Source: an uncultured Candidatus Saccharibacteria bacterium
Lineage (GTDB): Bacteria > Patescibacteriota > CAZHWT01
Assembly: GCA_964597145.1 (NCBI GenBank)
Contig: CAZQWH010000001.1
Coordinates: 102,441 to 166,440 of the forward strand
Direction: 5' to 3'
DNA: 64,000 nt
Shown here: one piece after another, positions 10,493 to 20,095 of the stretch
Position numbering within the stretch: position 1 is the first letter of the stretch
How the letters are laid out: each line of letters opens with the position of its first letter
The notes under the pieces: generated by a model
What the model was told of the DNA's origin: nothing
What the model saw: only the letters and a program-made list of their open reading frames with translations
The model's database searches: none
Program-made: the position numbers and the translations under genes

Positions 10493-10528
10493 GTTGGGAC
10501 AGAGTCGCAAGATGCGCTCTGTCCCAAC
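10493..10528 (-). terminator. Intrinsic terminator hairpin after the deacetylase gene
   Basis: gttgggacagag...ctctgtcccaac stem. Confidence 0.65.
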
Positions 10529-10537
10529 CAGGCTTAG

Positions 10538-11233
10538 TTAGGCATCAATGTGCCAAAATTCTTCACCTCGAAACTGATTAATACAGTAACCTTGCTGGTG
10601 GACTGCATTAATCAAGTCTGGCAGGGCGGCTACCGTGTTTGGCTGGATGTCATGCAAAAGCACAACTCCGCCAGGCTCAAGATTGGTAATAACCCGGTCA
10701 ATAATTTCGGCTGAGGACAATCCATCCCAATCTCGGATATCCAGCGCATTAGTCCATGTTACAGCTGTCATACCTCGGCTCTCAATGAGGTCGAGCACAT
10801 GAGGGGTATAGTCGCCATATGGTGGCCGGACATACACCGGAGTGGGAGCTCCAGCTGCCACGATTGCCGCACTAGTTTGGTCGAGCTGTCGTAGCACCTC
10901 TTCATCACTCAACTGAGTCAGGTAAGGGTGGTTCCAGGTATGGTTTTGAACTTGGTGTCCTTCGGCAACCATGCGCTGAATAATGGCCTCATCGCCATCA
11001 ATTTCAGAGCCAATAACGAAGAAGGTCGTCTTTATCCCGTGCTTAGCCAGGATGTCCAAGACAACCGGTGTTAATTCGGTATTTGGTCCATCGTCGAAGG
11101 TAAAGGCAATTGTGCCCGCACAACGATTGGGGCGGGGAGTAATGGTATTATCGGCGGTTACTGCAACAGCTTGAGTAACCATCAATAGACCAATTGCCAT
11201 GAGCGTCCGCATCAACCACCAAAGGTTAACCAT
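10538..11233 (-). CDS. Secreted polysaccharide deacetylase (NodB/CE4)
   Basis: Signal peptide; TFDDGP, HTWNH, RPPYG, DW and LLHD motifs. Confidence 0.93.
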   Translation of the reverse strand: MVNLWWLMRTLMAIGLLMVTQAVAVTADNTITPRPNRCAGTIAFTFDDGPNTELTPVVLDILAKHGIKTTFFVIGSEIDGDEAIIQRMVAEGHQVQNHTWNHPYLTQLSDEEVLRQLDQTSAAIVAAGAPTPVYVRPPYGDYTPHVLDLIESRGMTAVTWTNALDIRDWDGLSSAEIIDRVITNLEPGGVVLLHDIQPNTVAALPDLINAVHQQGYCINQFRGEEFWHIDA

Positions 11234-11421
11234 GTGTCTACTCCTTGCCTCTTGTATAACGGTAGCCTTCCATTGGCCAAACGGGCGTAGTCTAACATAG
11301 ACTGGTTAATATATCAACCTATAGTCATACACAGATCTTGATCGGTCGCCCGCTACGCTATAGATACAACAGCTCATAGTTTTTGATAGAGTAGTTAGGT
11401 ACTGTAGCGGCAAGCCATAGC

Positions 11422-11450
11422 TTGACAGATCGTAATCCGGCCCGTATAAT
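11422..11450 (+). promoter_or_regulatory. Consensus sigma70 promoter for the GT2 gene
   Basis: TTGACA-17bp-TATAAT, exact consensus. Confidence 0.85.
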
Positions 11451-11610
11451 CCACAACTTGTGTGCCAGGCAAGCTATATATCGAGCCTGGAGGCAATCAA
11501 AACTGTAGTTGCACTAGTTAAACAGTCACAACTACAGTCAGAGAACCTTAACAACCTGAGTGCTAGAAAATGCTGTCGGTAGGCAAGAATCCTTAGGTAT
11601 GGAGTGGCAC

Positions 11611-12720
11611 ATGTCTGACAATTCGAAAGTGGTGACGTTGATTCCAGCTCACAATGAGCAAGATCAGATTGAGGAAACTATTGCCTCACTCTACAATCAG
11701 ACTCGACCACCCGACCAGGTGCTCGTCATAGCCGACAATTGCACGGATAATACAGTAGCCATTGTCCAATGCTTGATGCGAGTCTATCCAACCCTAGAAA
11801 TCTTTGAAACAGTTGGCAACAAAGCCAAGAAAGCCGGTGCCCTTAATCAGGGCGTTGCTCGATTGCAGCCAAGGCAATGGGACTATCTGCTCCAGATGGA
11901 TGCTGATACCGTCCTTGATTGTCAGCTACTCGAGCAAGCACTAAAGGAGTTTGAACGCGAACCGCAACTGGCGGGTGTTGGCTCCCGGTGTTTTCTCAAG
12001 ACATTCGATGACACTGTTAACTGGTGGGGTCGCACATTGTGGCGGTTCCAAAATTTAGAATACGGCATCGCCGACAGTCGCCATATTCAGCGCAATGGCA
12101 AGGCCAAAGTGCTGGCTGGAGCAGTCTGCCTCTATCGGATGGACGTCCTACAACAAGTAGTGCGTCAAAACTGGAACGAGTTTGATCGGCTCGTCATCTG
12201 GCGAGAAGATTCTCTGGTGGAAGACTATGAGCTAACGCTTGATACCCAAAAAATTGGCTACAAAGCCGAGATTGGGCTAAAGATGTTTAGCTATACCGAC
12301 GCCATGTTCTCGCTTCGCGACCTATGGAAGCAACGCTTCCGTTGGTATGGAGGCACAGCGGCTACTCTCAGGCGTCGCGGGTTCGCTCGCGAAGTGCTAA
12401 GTGAAACGATTATCCAATCGTTTTACGTACTAATCATTATGAGTAGGCTGCTGATGCTAGCCATGGTTGCAACCATGGCTGGCTGGGGTTTAGTTGGTAC
12501 TGCCCCAATCCAGTTCTCGTTCACCGTCTGGCTCCTGCCAATGGTGGGGCTCATTCTGGTCAATTACGTCTACCGATTCCGTTATACCCGGAACCGGGAT
12601 TTTCCGCAGTGGTTATTAGTGGTGTCGCTCGTACCAATTGAGCTTTACATCACCTATGACCAATTTCTAACTCTTCTTGCGTATACCAAAAACCTGCTCA
12701 ATCCGAGCAAGTCATGGTAG
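11611..12720 (+). CDS. Processive family-2 glycosyltransferase (PgaC/IcaA/NodC-like)
   Basis: IPAHNE, DNCTD, DADT, VED and QRFRW motifs; C-terminal TM helices; GGAG RBS before ATG 11611. Confidence 0.9.
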   Translation: MSDNSKVVTLIPAHNEQDQIEETIASLYNQTRPPDQVLVIADNCTDNTVAIVQCLMRVYPTLEIFETVGNKAKKAGALNQGVARLQPRQWDYLLQMDADTVLDCQLLEQALKEFEREPQLAGVGSRCFLKTFDDTVNWWGRTLWRFQNLEYGIADSRHIQRNGKAKVLAGAVCLYRMDVLQQVVRQNWNEFDRLVIWREDSLVEDYELTLDTQKIGYKAEIGLKMFSYTDAMFSLRDLWKQRFRWYGGTAATLRRRGFAREVLSETIIQSFYVLIIMSRLLMLAMVATMAGWGLVGTAPIQFSFTVWLLPMVGLILVNYVYRFRYTRNRDFPQWLLVVSLVPIELYITYDQFLTLLAYTKNLLNPSKSW

Positions 12721-12796
12721 GAAGGAGTTGCGTAGTAGGTAGATAGAGAATCTCTTCTCTTCATTTATGTTGATCCGCTAAAGGAGTTTCACAGGT

Positions 12797-13003
12797 ATGA
12801 CCGGTACCAGCAAGATCATGACAGTCACGGCCCTACCATCAGCTGGCGCTGGTGCAGCCTTCGCCGCCTCCACCCAAGATAACCTGTGGTTATCACAACC
12901 AATGTGGGTGTTAACCATTGCCCTGGTTTTCCTAACCATTGGGCTAATGACTCAGACTCACATTAACCGTGGCCGTTTGCGTCGCGCGGGCCGGCTAGAC
13001 TAG
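12797..13003 (+). CDS. Small membrane peptide downstream of GT2
   Basis: AAGGAG RBS; LPSAG, TM helix, basic tail. Confidence 0.7.
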   Translation: MTGTSKIMTVTALPSAGAGAAFAASTQDNLWLSQPMWVLTIALVFLTIGLMTQTHINRGRLRRAGRLD

Positions 13004-13058
13004 CATCTCAGGTATCGTGTTTTAGGACCAAATTAGTCCCAAAGCACATAACCAAACC

Positions 13059-13090
13059 GAGCGGTTCCCAAAAAGGGAGCCGCTTTTTTC
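13059..13090 (+). terminator. Intrinsic terminator
   Basis: gagcggttccc-aaaaa-gggagccgct followed by a T-run. Confidence 0.8.
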
Positions 13091-13225
13091 TTGGCGTATG
13101 AGAATTGCTTCAGGCGGCGATCAAAAGAATGTGCACTACACGCAGGATAATATTAATAAGTTAACATCATCCTATAGTATTAACAAATTAGTAAATATAG
13201 GGTACTATTTCACCAGAAAGTTGGC

Positions 13226-13633
13226 TTGTTGTTCTTTGCAAATCAAGGAGTGTGGATAATACAACTTATAGCCTCCGAAGTAGCCTTGCCGGTTACGCCA
13301 GTTCCAACCCACCCCGTCCAAGTTGCAGTTGAGCTAGATGCGTCGTCGTGGCCGGTTCCACAGCTAGTGGACCCGAGCTCTATGCAGAATGCACCAATGC
13401 CGGCAGACGGCGGGTTTATCAACTGGGTGGGAGACCAGTTGATAAATGGACTGGATTGGCTCTTCTTGGGCTACAGCTTTAATAACGCCTTCGTGGCCTA
13501 TGGGGCCATTCTGGGGTTTGCTGTGTACATCATACTGCTTAATCGGATCGATCAGCTGGAACAAACCGAAGCCGATCTAACTCGGAAGCGCGACATACTC
13601 AGTCGCATTGATCCCGACATCGTCGATGCGTGA
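13226..13633 (+). CDS. Hypothetical membrane protein (start uncertain)
   Basis: Pro-rich N-terminus, TM segment, short coiled-coil tail. Confidence 0.5.
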   Translation: MLFFANQGVWIIQLIASEVALPVTPVPTHPVQVAVELDASSWPVPQLVDPSSMQNAPMPADGGFINWVGDQLINGLDWLFLGYSFNNAFVAYGAILGFAVYIILLNRIDQLEQTEADLTRKRDILSRIDPDIVDA

Positions 13634-13720
13634 GCCCCAATTGCGTTACCAGCACCCAAGGTGGTATACTCCCAGCCGAATTATCAAATTTGTCCGCTTT
13701 ATCCCAGGAGGCGTTACGTC

Positions 13721-14266
13721 ATGATGATTACCATCAGAGAAGTTCCTCAGGATATCGAGCGATTCAGCGGTCAGCCAGTCCGCTCCAGTTCATTGACAGC
13801 TATGGCTCAAATGGTGCACCCCTGTTATTGGTCAATTGTTGGTCAAGCTGTGGTAACCGACCGCATACCGACCACAGATGGTTGCTGGTTGGAACGGCTA
13901 GCCTTCAATGCGCGAGAACGGTCCAAACAAAACCAAAATCGGTCACCAGGAGATATCTATACCATCATAGATGGTAAGCAAAAGCTAAGCTTCCTGGTGC
14001 CGCATCCGAGGTTCGAACAATTGTTTGGCCGACATGCAGTGGTGGACTATAAGCAACATGAGGGAGAAGCGAAAGAGTATGGCTTCGAAATTTCATACGA
14101 CGAGTCATACGATATCAGCTACCATCGCTTGGCTATGGGAGAACCGATGATGTCCCAAGTAGTAACTCGCCAAGTCGTGCACGAGGAGATGGTGCAGCGT
14201 GCCATTAGCATGCTGCGCAAGTTTACCAGCCCAGAAGGAGTTGAGGCAGCTCAACAAATATCCTAA
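13721..14266 (+). CDS. Hypothetical protein (ORFan)
   Basis: TGG-TATACT promoter at ~13662, AGGAGG RBS, terminator at 14305. Confidence 0.7.
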   Translation: MMITIREVPQDIERFSGQPVRSSSLTAMAQMVHPCYWSIVGQAVVTDRIPTTDGCWLERLAFNARERSKQNQNRSPGDIYTIIDGKQKLSFLVPHPRFEQLFGRHAVVDYKQHEGEAKEYGFEISYDESYDISYHRLAMGEPMMSQVVTRQVVHEEMVQRAISMLRKFTSPEGVEAAQQIS

Positions 14267-14304
14267 ATTACAGAAACAAAGCGGGTCCCAATCAACAACC
14301 CCTT

Positions 14305-14330
14305 ACCCCGCCACTACGGCGGGGTTTTTA
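14305..14330 (+). terminator. CCCCGCC/GGCGGGG-family terminator
   Basis: accccgcc-actac-ggcggggt-tttt. Confidence 0.8.
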
Positions 14331-14501
14331 TATAATTCATCTCGCCCCTCCCCTTAAAAATATCCAAGTCTAACGGTGAGCTGTCACGGAAAATAACAGC
14401 CAGGCAACTACTCACGAATAGACCCAATCCCCTAAACTTTTAATCCAGGAGATAAAAGGTTATAATCCCACCACACTCTAAGGTAACCAGAGTATATATT
14501 C

Positions 14502-14927
14502 ATGAGCCATAGCGAATTGCCAGTCAAAGTCCAAGGGATTATCTATCGCCGAACCGCCCGCGACCAGGTAGAAATCTTACTCCTCCAGCGTTCAGTTGAA
14601 GACGGAGGATTCTGGCAAATGCTAACTGGCACTCTAGAATTCAACGAAAGCATCGAAGAAACCATACTGCGAGAGCTCAAAGAAGAAACCGGTCTAACCA
14701 AGCCGCTAGCTATCTCCGAAGAGGTCTATCGGTTCAGCTGGCAAAAACAGGAATATACGGTGGTGGAAATGGTGTTTGGCATAGAAGTATCGGCCAAGTC
14801 TAAAGTAAGATTAAGCCGCGAGCATCAAGACTTTCGGTGGGTACCGCTCAACCAAGCATCGGAATACTTTAGACATGAATCAAGTACAGTAGCCTTGGAG
14901 GCGTTTAGGGAAATTGTTTTGGTTTAG
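14502..14927 (+). CDS. NUDIX hydrolase
   Basis: G...NESIEETILRELKEETGL Nudix box; LSREHQDFRW. Confidence 0.9.
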   Translation: MSHSELPVKVQGIIYRRTARDQVEILLLQRSVEDGGFWQMLTGTLEFNESIEETILRELKEETGLTKPLAISEEVYRFSWQKQEYTVVEMVFGIEVSAKSKVRLSREHQDFRWVPLNQASEYFRHESSTVALEAFREIVLV

Positions 14928-15112
14928 CGATATTTTGCCGACGCATACATCTCAATGCAGTCAGTAGCATTAAGTTGCATAGCAGGTTACATAACTTGCC
15001 GTTATCTTTACTCAGGACTCAATGGCTGCATACAATCATTGCGACTCTGCCATCCAGGTGGTATACTCCGCCAAACTGGACGATTGGGATTGACTGAGCA
15101 AAGGAGGCGTCA

Positions 15113-15469
15113 ATGTCAACACAAGGGTGTAATGAGATTGTCCGCGTTTACCCCGTTCCAATGGATGAGAAAGGTCAACATTTCAACAGTCCTTGCTGGA
15201 TCATTGCTCCAGATGGCCAGACACTGCTGATTGTCGGGGTATTCATAGAAGACCAGTCCCATCCACTCATCGGACCGTCTGGCCAAAAACTGAACGTATG
15301 CTTATTCGGCCTAGCCGATGGTATTATCACCATTTACGAAGCAGAGAGCGTACACCAGACCTACAAGTACGAGAGACAAAAACTGCAAGAATTGTTCAAG
15401 AGGATTCAGCAATTCATCCTCAATCCCGAGCGACATCCAACTTCCTACCTGGACTTGCAAGAAGAGTAG
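15113..15469 (+). CDS. Hypothetical protein (ORFan)
   Basis: TGG-TATACT promoter at ~15059, AAGGAGG RBS, hairpin at 15485-15512. Confidence 0.7.
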   Translation: MSTQGCNEIVRVYPVPMDEKGQHFNSPCWIIAPDGQTLLIVGVFIEDQSHPLIGPSGQKLNVCLFGLADGIITIYEAESVHQTYKYERQKLQELFKRIQQFILNPERHPTSYLDLQEE

Positions 15470-15692
15470 AGTTATCTTCACCACGCACCCTGGGTATTGC
15501 TACCTGGGGTGCAGATCATCTATTCACATTTTTCTCCAACATGTTAAAGAATAAATATATATTTATATACTTATTTATTACACCCTACGCACTACTCACT
15601 ACCAACTACTCAAAATGATTTGCATTTTGCCGTCTCAGATAGATGATGCTATAATCTGGACATCGGAAAGGCAGAGATGAGAGGAGTGAGAC

Positions 15693-16229
15693 GTGCAGCT
15701 CTCTTTGGATAGTCAGACTGCAGATTATTGTCTTGTCCAGTTGCAGCTGGGCGACTTGGGTCCCAACGGTATACATTACCACATCTTGGCTTTACTGGAA
15801 GATCTAGCCATAGATGGTGTCGATAGTGTCGAGTCATCATTGTTGGAACGATTCCTGCAGCTGCCGGATGCAATTGTTGATATGGCAGAAGATATGGTTG
15901 AAGAGCTGAATATAGACCCTCTCTTTACCAGACTACAGAATATTGCCGACGGTCGCCGATCTCTATTAGTTGCCCGATTAACATTGCACGAGGATGGCCT
16001 CGATCCAGTTACCTGGTCAGCCATCGCCAATGTCAAGGAGATTCTCCGAGATTACAATCATCCATTCGACCCTGATTATCAGATCACCGAGCAAGATTTG
16101 GGCTTGATGGACGGCGAATTAGATACGTACCCAGATCCCAAAGTTCGGGTAGAAGGCGGTTGGCGACTCTGGGAAGAATGGCTAGATCATCGCCTCAATG
16201 GCGAACTAGTCAATGCCAACGACAACTAA
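15693..16229 (+). CDS. Acidic hypothetical protein (ORFan)
   Basis: TGC-TATAAT, GAGGAG RBS, GTG start; terminator at ~16255-16280. Confidence 0.7.
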   Translation: MQLSLDSQTADYCLVQLQLGDLGPNGIHYHILALLEDLAIDGVDSVESSLLERFLQLPDAIVDMAEDMVEELNIDPLFTRLQNIADGRRSLLVARLTLHEDGLDPVTWSAIANVKEILRDYNHPFDPDYQITEQDLGLMDGELDTYPDPKVRVEGGWRLWEEWLDHRLNGELVNANDN

Positions 16230-16447
16230 CCCAGCCTGCAGTAGCCAATACACCAGGTGGTGCCCCAGCACCACCTTTTTCTGCTTTGAGTCAAACTAAA
16301 GAATGTACATATCACCAACCACCAACCACCAAACACCAAACACTGCTACAGCATAGCTGGTATCTCTGATGTTTCTACACTTGCCAAGTGGTTATCTCCT
16401 GACACCTAACTTGACTTGAACTTACTCCCTTGCACCCACCCTGCCAG

Positions 16448-16495
16448 CATTTATCTGAGTTAAATAGGGTTTGTTACGTAGCAAGCTACGTAACA
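16448..16495 (+). other. Box + double-palindrome element, copy 2
   Basis: catttatctGAGttaaat then tgttacgtagca agctacgtaaca 15 bp after the first G of GAG. Confidence 0.75.
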
Positions 16496-16620
16496 TTTTC
16501 CGCTTGCCTGTTGATGATTGAATGATTTAAGCGAATAATACCCGAACATCCTTTTTTATTTTATAGTAGAATGGTTGCTGAGTCGGCTTAGCTTTAAAAA
16601 TACATGGAGAGGTGGTTTCT

Positions 16621-17952
16621 ATGAAAACAATTAAAGTATCAATTCAAGATGAACATACGTTGCTGTTGCAGGAGGATGCCCAGAAGGGGGATTGCATCGA
16701 CCTAAAATCTATACATGAAACCGATATTGATAGGTCCAATGTAGAGGCGGTGATTGAGGCGCTGAAGAATGAAGCATTTGAGGCTGAAGTAGCCAAGCAG
16801 CGCTTGGCTGTAGAGCGGGAAAAATCTCTTGAGCTAAAAATGAAAGAGCAAGAACTTTTACACAAAATTAATCAACTTGAGAAAGAAGCAGCCAATGCCG
16901 TAGAGTTGGCACAAACTAAAACTAAAAGTGAGCTACAGGAAGAGTTGACTAAAAAAGAGACAGAAATCACCAAATTACAATCTCAACTCCAATCGCAAAC
17001 CCAAACTTCAGAGTCGGATAAAAGGTTAGCCCTCGCTGAAGCTGTCGGCCGAATAGAAAAAGAACGCGATCAACTGGCTTATGAACTCAAGAACAAGGAA
17101 TCTGAGAAGCAAGCCGAAGTCTTGCGACTAAACGAAAAGTTCCAAAATGAGCTGAAGACTAGAGATGAAATGATCGCCTACTACAAGGATATGAAGGCCA
17201 AACTGTCGACCAAGATGGTGGGTGAGACATTGGAACAGCATTGTGAGATTGAGTTTGAACGATTGCGAGCCACGGCTTTCCAAAAGGCTATCTTTGGCAA
17301 AGACAACGATGCCAGTAGCGGCAGTAAAGGCGACTATATTTACCGGGAAACTGATGAACAGGGCAATGAATTGATCTCTATCATGTTTGAAATGAAAAAT
17401 GAAGGGGAGGAGACGGCCACCAAGAAGCGTAACGATGATTTCTTGAAAGAGCTAGATAAAGATCGAATTGAGAAAAAATGTGAATATGCCGTGTTGGTTA
17501 GCCTACTAGAGTCTGATAGTGAACTCTACAATGGTGGCATTGTCGACAAATCGCACCAGTATAGCAAGATGTATGTTATCCGGCCTCAGTTTTTTATCCC
17601 GATGATTACGGTTTTGCGTAACGCGGCTCTCAATTCGCTGCAATACAAAGCTGAGCTGGCGATGGTGCGAAGTCAGAATATTGATGTGACGAATTTTGAA
17701 AATCAGCTGAGTGATTTTCAGACTGCTTTTGGTCGAAGTTTCAAACTAGCTCATGATCGCTTTTCCGACGCTATTGAAAACATCGATAAGTCTATTGCCC
17801 AGCTACAGAAAACCAAAGAAAATCTGCTAAAAGCTGACGATCACTATCGCATCGCCAACAGCAAGGCGGACGACTTAACCGTCAAAAAACTGACTCATGG
17901 CAATTCGACCATGACCGCCAAGTTTGCTGAGATTAAACCAGATAACCGTTAG
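16621..17952 (+). CDS. DUF2130 domain coiled-coil protein
   Basis: STKMVGETLEQHCE, SIMFEMKNE, KCEYAVLVSLLE, YVIRPQFFIP. Confidence 0.88.
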   Translation: MKTIKVSIQDEHTLLLQEDAQKGDCIDLKSIHETDIDRSNVEAVIEALKNEAFEAEVAKQRLAVEREKSLELKMKEQELLHKINQLEKEAANAVELAQTKTKSELQEELTKKETEITKLQSQLQSQTQTSESDKRLALAEAVGRIEKERDQLAYELKNKESEKQAEVLRLNEKFQNELKTRDEMIAYYKDMKAKLSTKMVGETLEQHCEIEFERLRATAFQKAIFGKDNDASSGSKGDYIYRETDEQGNELISIMFEMKNEGEETATKKRNDDFLKELDKDRIEKKCEYAVLVSLLESDSELYNGGIVDKSHQYSKMYVIRPQFFIPMITVLRNAALNSLQYKAELAMVRSQNIDVTNFENQLSDFQTAFGRSFKLAHDRFSDAIENIDKSIAQLQKTKENLLKADDHYRIANSKADDLTVKKLTHGNSTMTAKFAEIKPDNR

Positions 17953-18067
17953 TTTGATTTGTCCATTTTGCAGAGTTTCGAGGCCAGGTATTACTTATTT
18001 TGACAGCGGACAAGTTGCTCGGTATACTTGCTCGTATCTGAAGTTGTCAAATCCAGGAGAGACGAAC

Positions 18068-18445
18068 ATGGGAGATGTGGTTGACAAGAATCGCAAGATC
18101 GACAATGCGATCATAATCGTGGGATCCATGGCGGGGTTGGCTTGGGTTGTTGGATTGCTTCTGAACCTCTATACCGATTTTGTAACCTGGCCCGTATCCT
18201 TGATTGTGCCGTATTCCTTTGGGCCAGGATTTATAGGCATTCTGGCTTTTGCAGCCTACGGAATCAACGACAGCTTTCACCAAAGAAGTACTCGGCAACG
18301 ATTGTCAGACGATAGCGCAATGAGAAAAAGAGAGTGGAAAAAGGCACGTCAGGTTTGTGAGCGCACGGGCCATGATTGGTGGTATCTAGGCACTATTCAC
18401 CGAGAGTGCAAACGCTGTAGAGCAAAACAAACCCAAGATATTTAA
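18068..18445 (+). CDS. Small membrane protein with C-terminal C..GH..CxRC Zn-binding motif
   Basis: AGGAG RBS; two TM helices; CERTGHDW...ECKRC. Confidence 0.65.
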   Translation: MGDVVDKNRKIDNAIIIVGSMAGLAWVVGLLLNLYTDFVTWPVSLIVPYSFGPGFIGILAFAAYGINDSFHQRSTRQRLSDDSAMRKREWKKARQVCERTGHDWWYLGTIHRECKRCRAKQTQDI

Positions 18446-18471
18446 CCGAACCGAGATTATGCAGCTCGCAC

Positions 18472-18500
18472 TGCCCCGCCTAGAGAGGCGGGGCATTTTT
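18472..18500 (+). terminator. CCCCGCC/GGCGGGG-family terminator
   Basis: tgccccgcct-agag-aggcggggca-ttttt. Confidence 0.8.
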
Positions 18501-18534
18501 GCTACGCAAATTGCCACTCTTGAGGTGTAGTCTA

Positions 18535-18652
18535 ATCCGACATCGGATGTCGATATCTCCGGCGACGTCGGGATATAGTTGTTTTAATGCTACAACGGTT
18601 ATTACCACCCCCCCCCCCCCCGAGGTGGTAATCCTCTGACACCTCGGGAGGA
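18535..18652. repeat. Short palindrome cluster with a C14 homopolymer
   Basis: atccgacatcggat; attacca-(C)14-gaggtggtaat; ccgaggtg...cacctcgg. Confidence 0.6.
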
Positions 18653-18763
18653 TGATTAATTCGAAGTAAATAAGTGCAAATCTATACTGTATAGGTTTAA
18701 CTTGCAGCCAGCTCCGGGTGGGGCATACAATAAAAGTAGTCTTTAGAGCACCCATCTTCTCAT

Positions 18764-19675
18764 ATGCCTACCAACCAACGCCGTGTTGCAATTTATGCCT
18801 CGTTTGCCGCCAACATTGGGGTGGCCATCGCTAAATTATTGGCCTATTTCGCCACCGGAGCGACATCGTTGCTGGCCGAGTCGGTGCACTCAGTGGTAGA
18901 TAGCAGCAATCAAATTTTATTGCTAATTGGTAGCCATCAGTCATTGCGCCAGCCAACTTCAGCTCATCCACTAGGCTATGGTCGGCTGCATTATTTGTAT
19001 GCGTTTCTTATCTCTATCGCCCTATTTTCCCTAGGTGGCCTATTCGCGATTTTTCAGGGATGGGAAAAAGTACAGCATCCCCATCCGATAGAGTCACCAG
19101 CTATCGCCTATGTTATTATTGCGGTCTCAATGCTATTTGAGGGCCTGGCGCTGCGCACGGCACTCCACGAAGCTCGCCATTTTAAGCCACACCGCCAAAA
19201 TTGGCTAGCCTTTTTGCAACAAACAAAGTCTGTCAATTATGTCGTGCTAGCCTTGGAAGACACAGCCGCGCTGATTGGCTTAACCATCGCAACTATTGGG
19301 GTAACGATGTCGTTAGCAACCAATAATCCAGTCTGGGATGGGGTAAGCACTTTGGCTATTGGCGTTCTATTGATTGTTGTAGCCGTATTTTTAGGCAGGG
19401 AAGTCGTCTCCTTGCTAATTGGCGAGGCTGCCGATCCAGAAACCGAGGCCAAAATACGTCAAATTGTCCTAAAAGTAGACGACGTTGAGCGGATCATTAA
19501 TTTGCGAACAGTTTATGTTGGCCCATCAGACTTGTTTGTCGCGATGAAGGTTGCAGTTGATGGCCGCGACAGTGGTCGGCAGATTACCCAAGCTATAGAC
19601 CAAATTAAATTGCAATTGCGCCAATCTTTTCCGATTGTGCACCGGGTCTACATTGAACCAGATAGTGAAGATTAA
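18764..19675 (+). CDS. Cation diffusion facilitator family transporter
   Basis: LLAESVHSVVD, HPLGYGR, 6 TM helices, C-terminal VYIEP. Confidence 0.92.
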   Translation: MPTNQRRVAIYASFAANIGVAIAKLLAYFATGATSLLAESVHSVVDSSNQILLLIGSHQSLRQPTSAHPLGYGRLHYLYAFLISIALFSLGGLFAIFQGWEKVQHPHPIESPAIAYVIIAVSMLFEGLALRTALHEARHFKPHRQNWLAFLQQTKSVNYVVLALEDTAALIGLTIATIGVTMSLATNNPVWDGVSTLAIGVLLIVVAVFLGREVVSLLIGEAADPETEAKIRQIVLKVDDVERIINLRTVYVGPSDLFVAMKVAVDGRDSGRQITQAIDQIKLQLRQSFPIVHRVYIEPDSED

Positions 19676-20095
19676 GCGAAAATAGTTCTGCACTAGGGTA
19701 AGATTGCTAGATTGTCGGCATGCAGAGGGGTAATACATGGGCAGTAGAGTCTATAGAGGCAAAGGTGAAAAACTCATTCGCTGGCTAGCGGACCACAAAG
19801 CAAGACGTAAAAAGATGAAATGCGTACCCACCCCGCTTCATTCCGAGCTTCTGGCTAGATAAGTACACGCGTCTTGACTTATTCGGGTTTATTTCGGTAT
19901 GGTGTAATTAGCCTATCAGTAAGTACTCCCTGCAGTGGCATGGCGGTCAGCCCATAATAGGTATCGTTGCAAATCCGTTATCAGGTCAAAAACATCATGA
20001 AGAAGTAAGTAGACACATAAGTGTAAGTTCGGGGCTTGGCCAAGTGTTGGCGAAAACAATGCCTGGGTATTTTACTCTTGGGAGATACATGTCAT

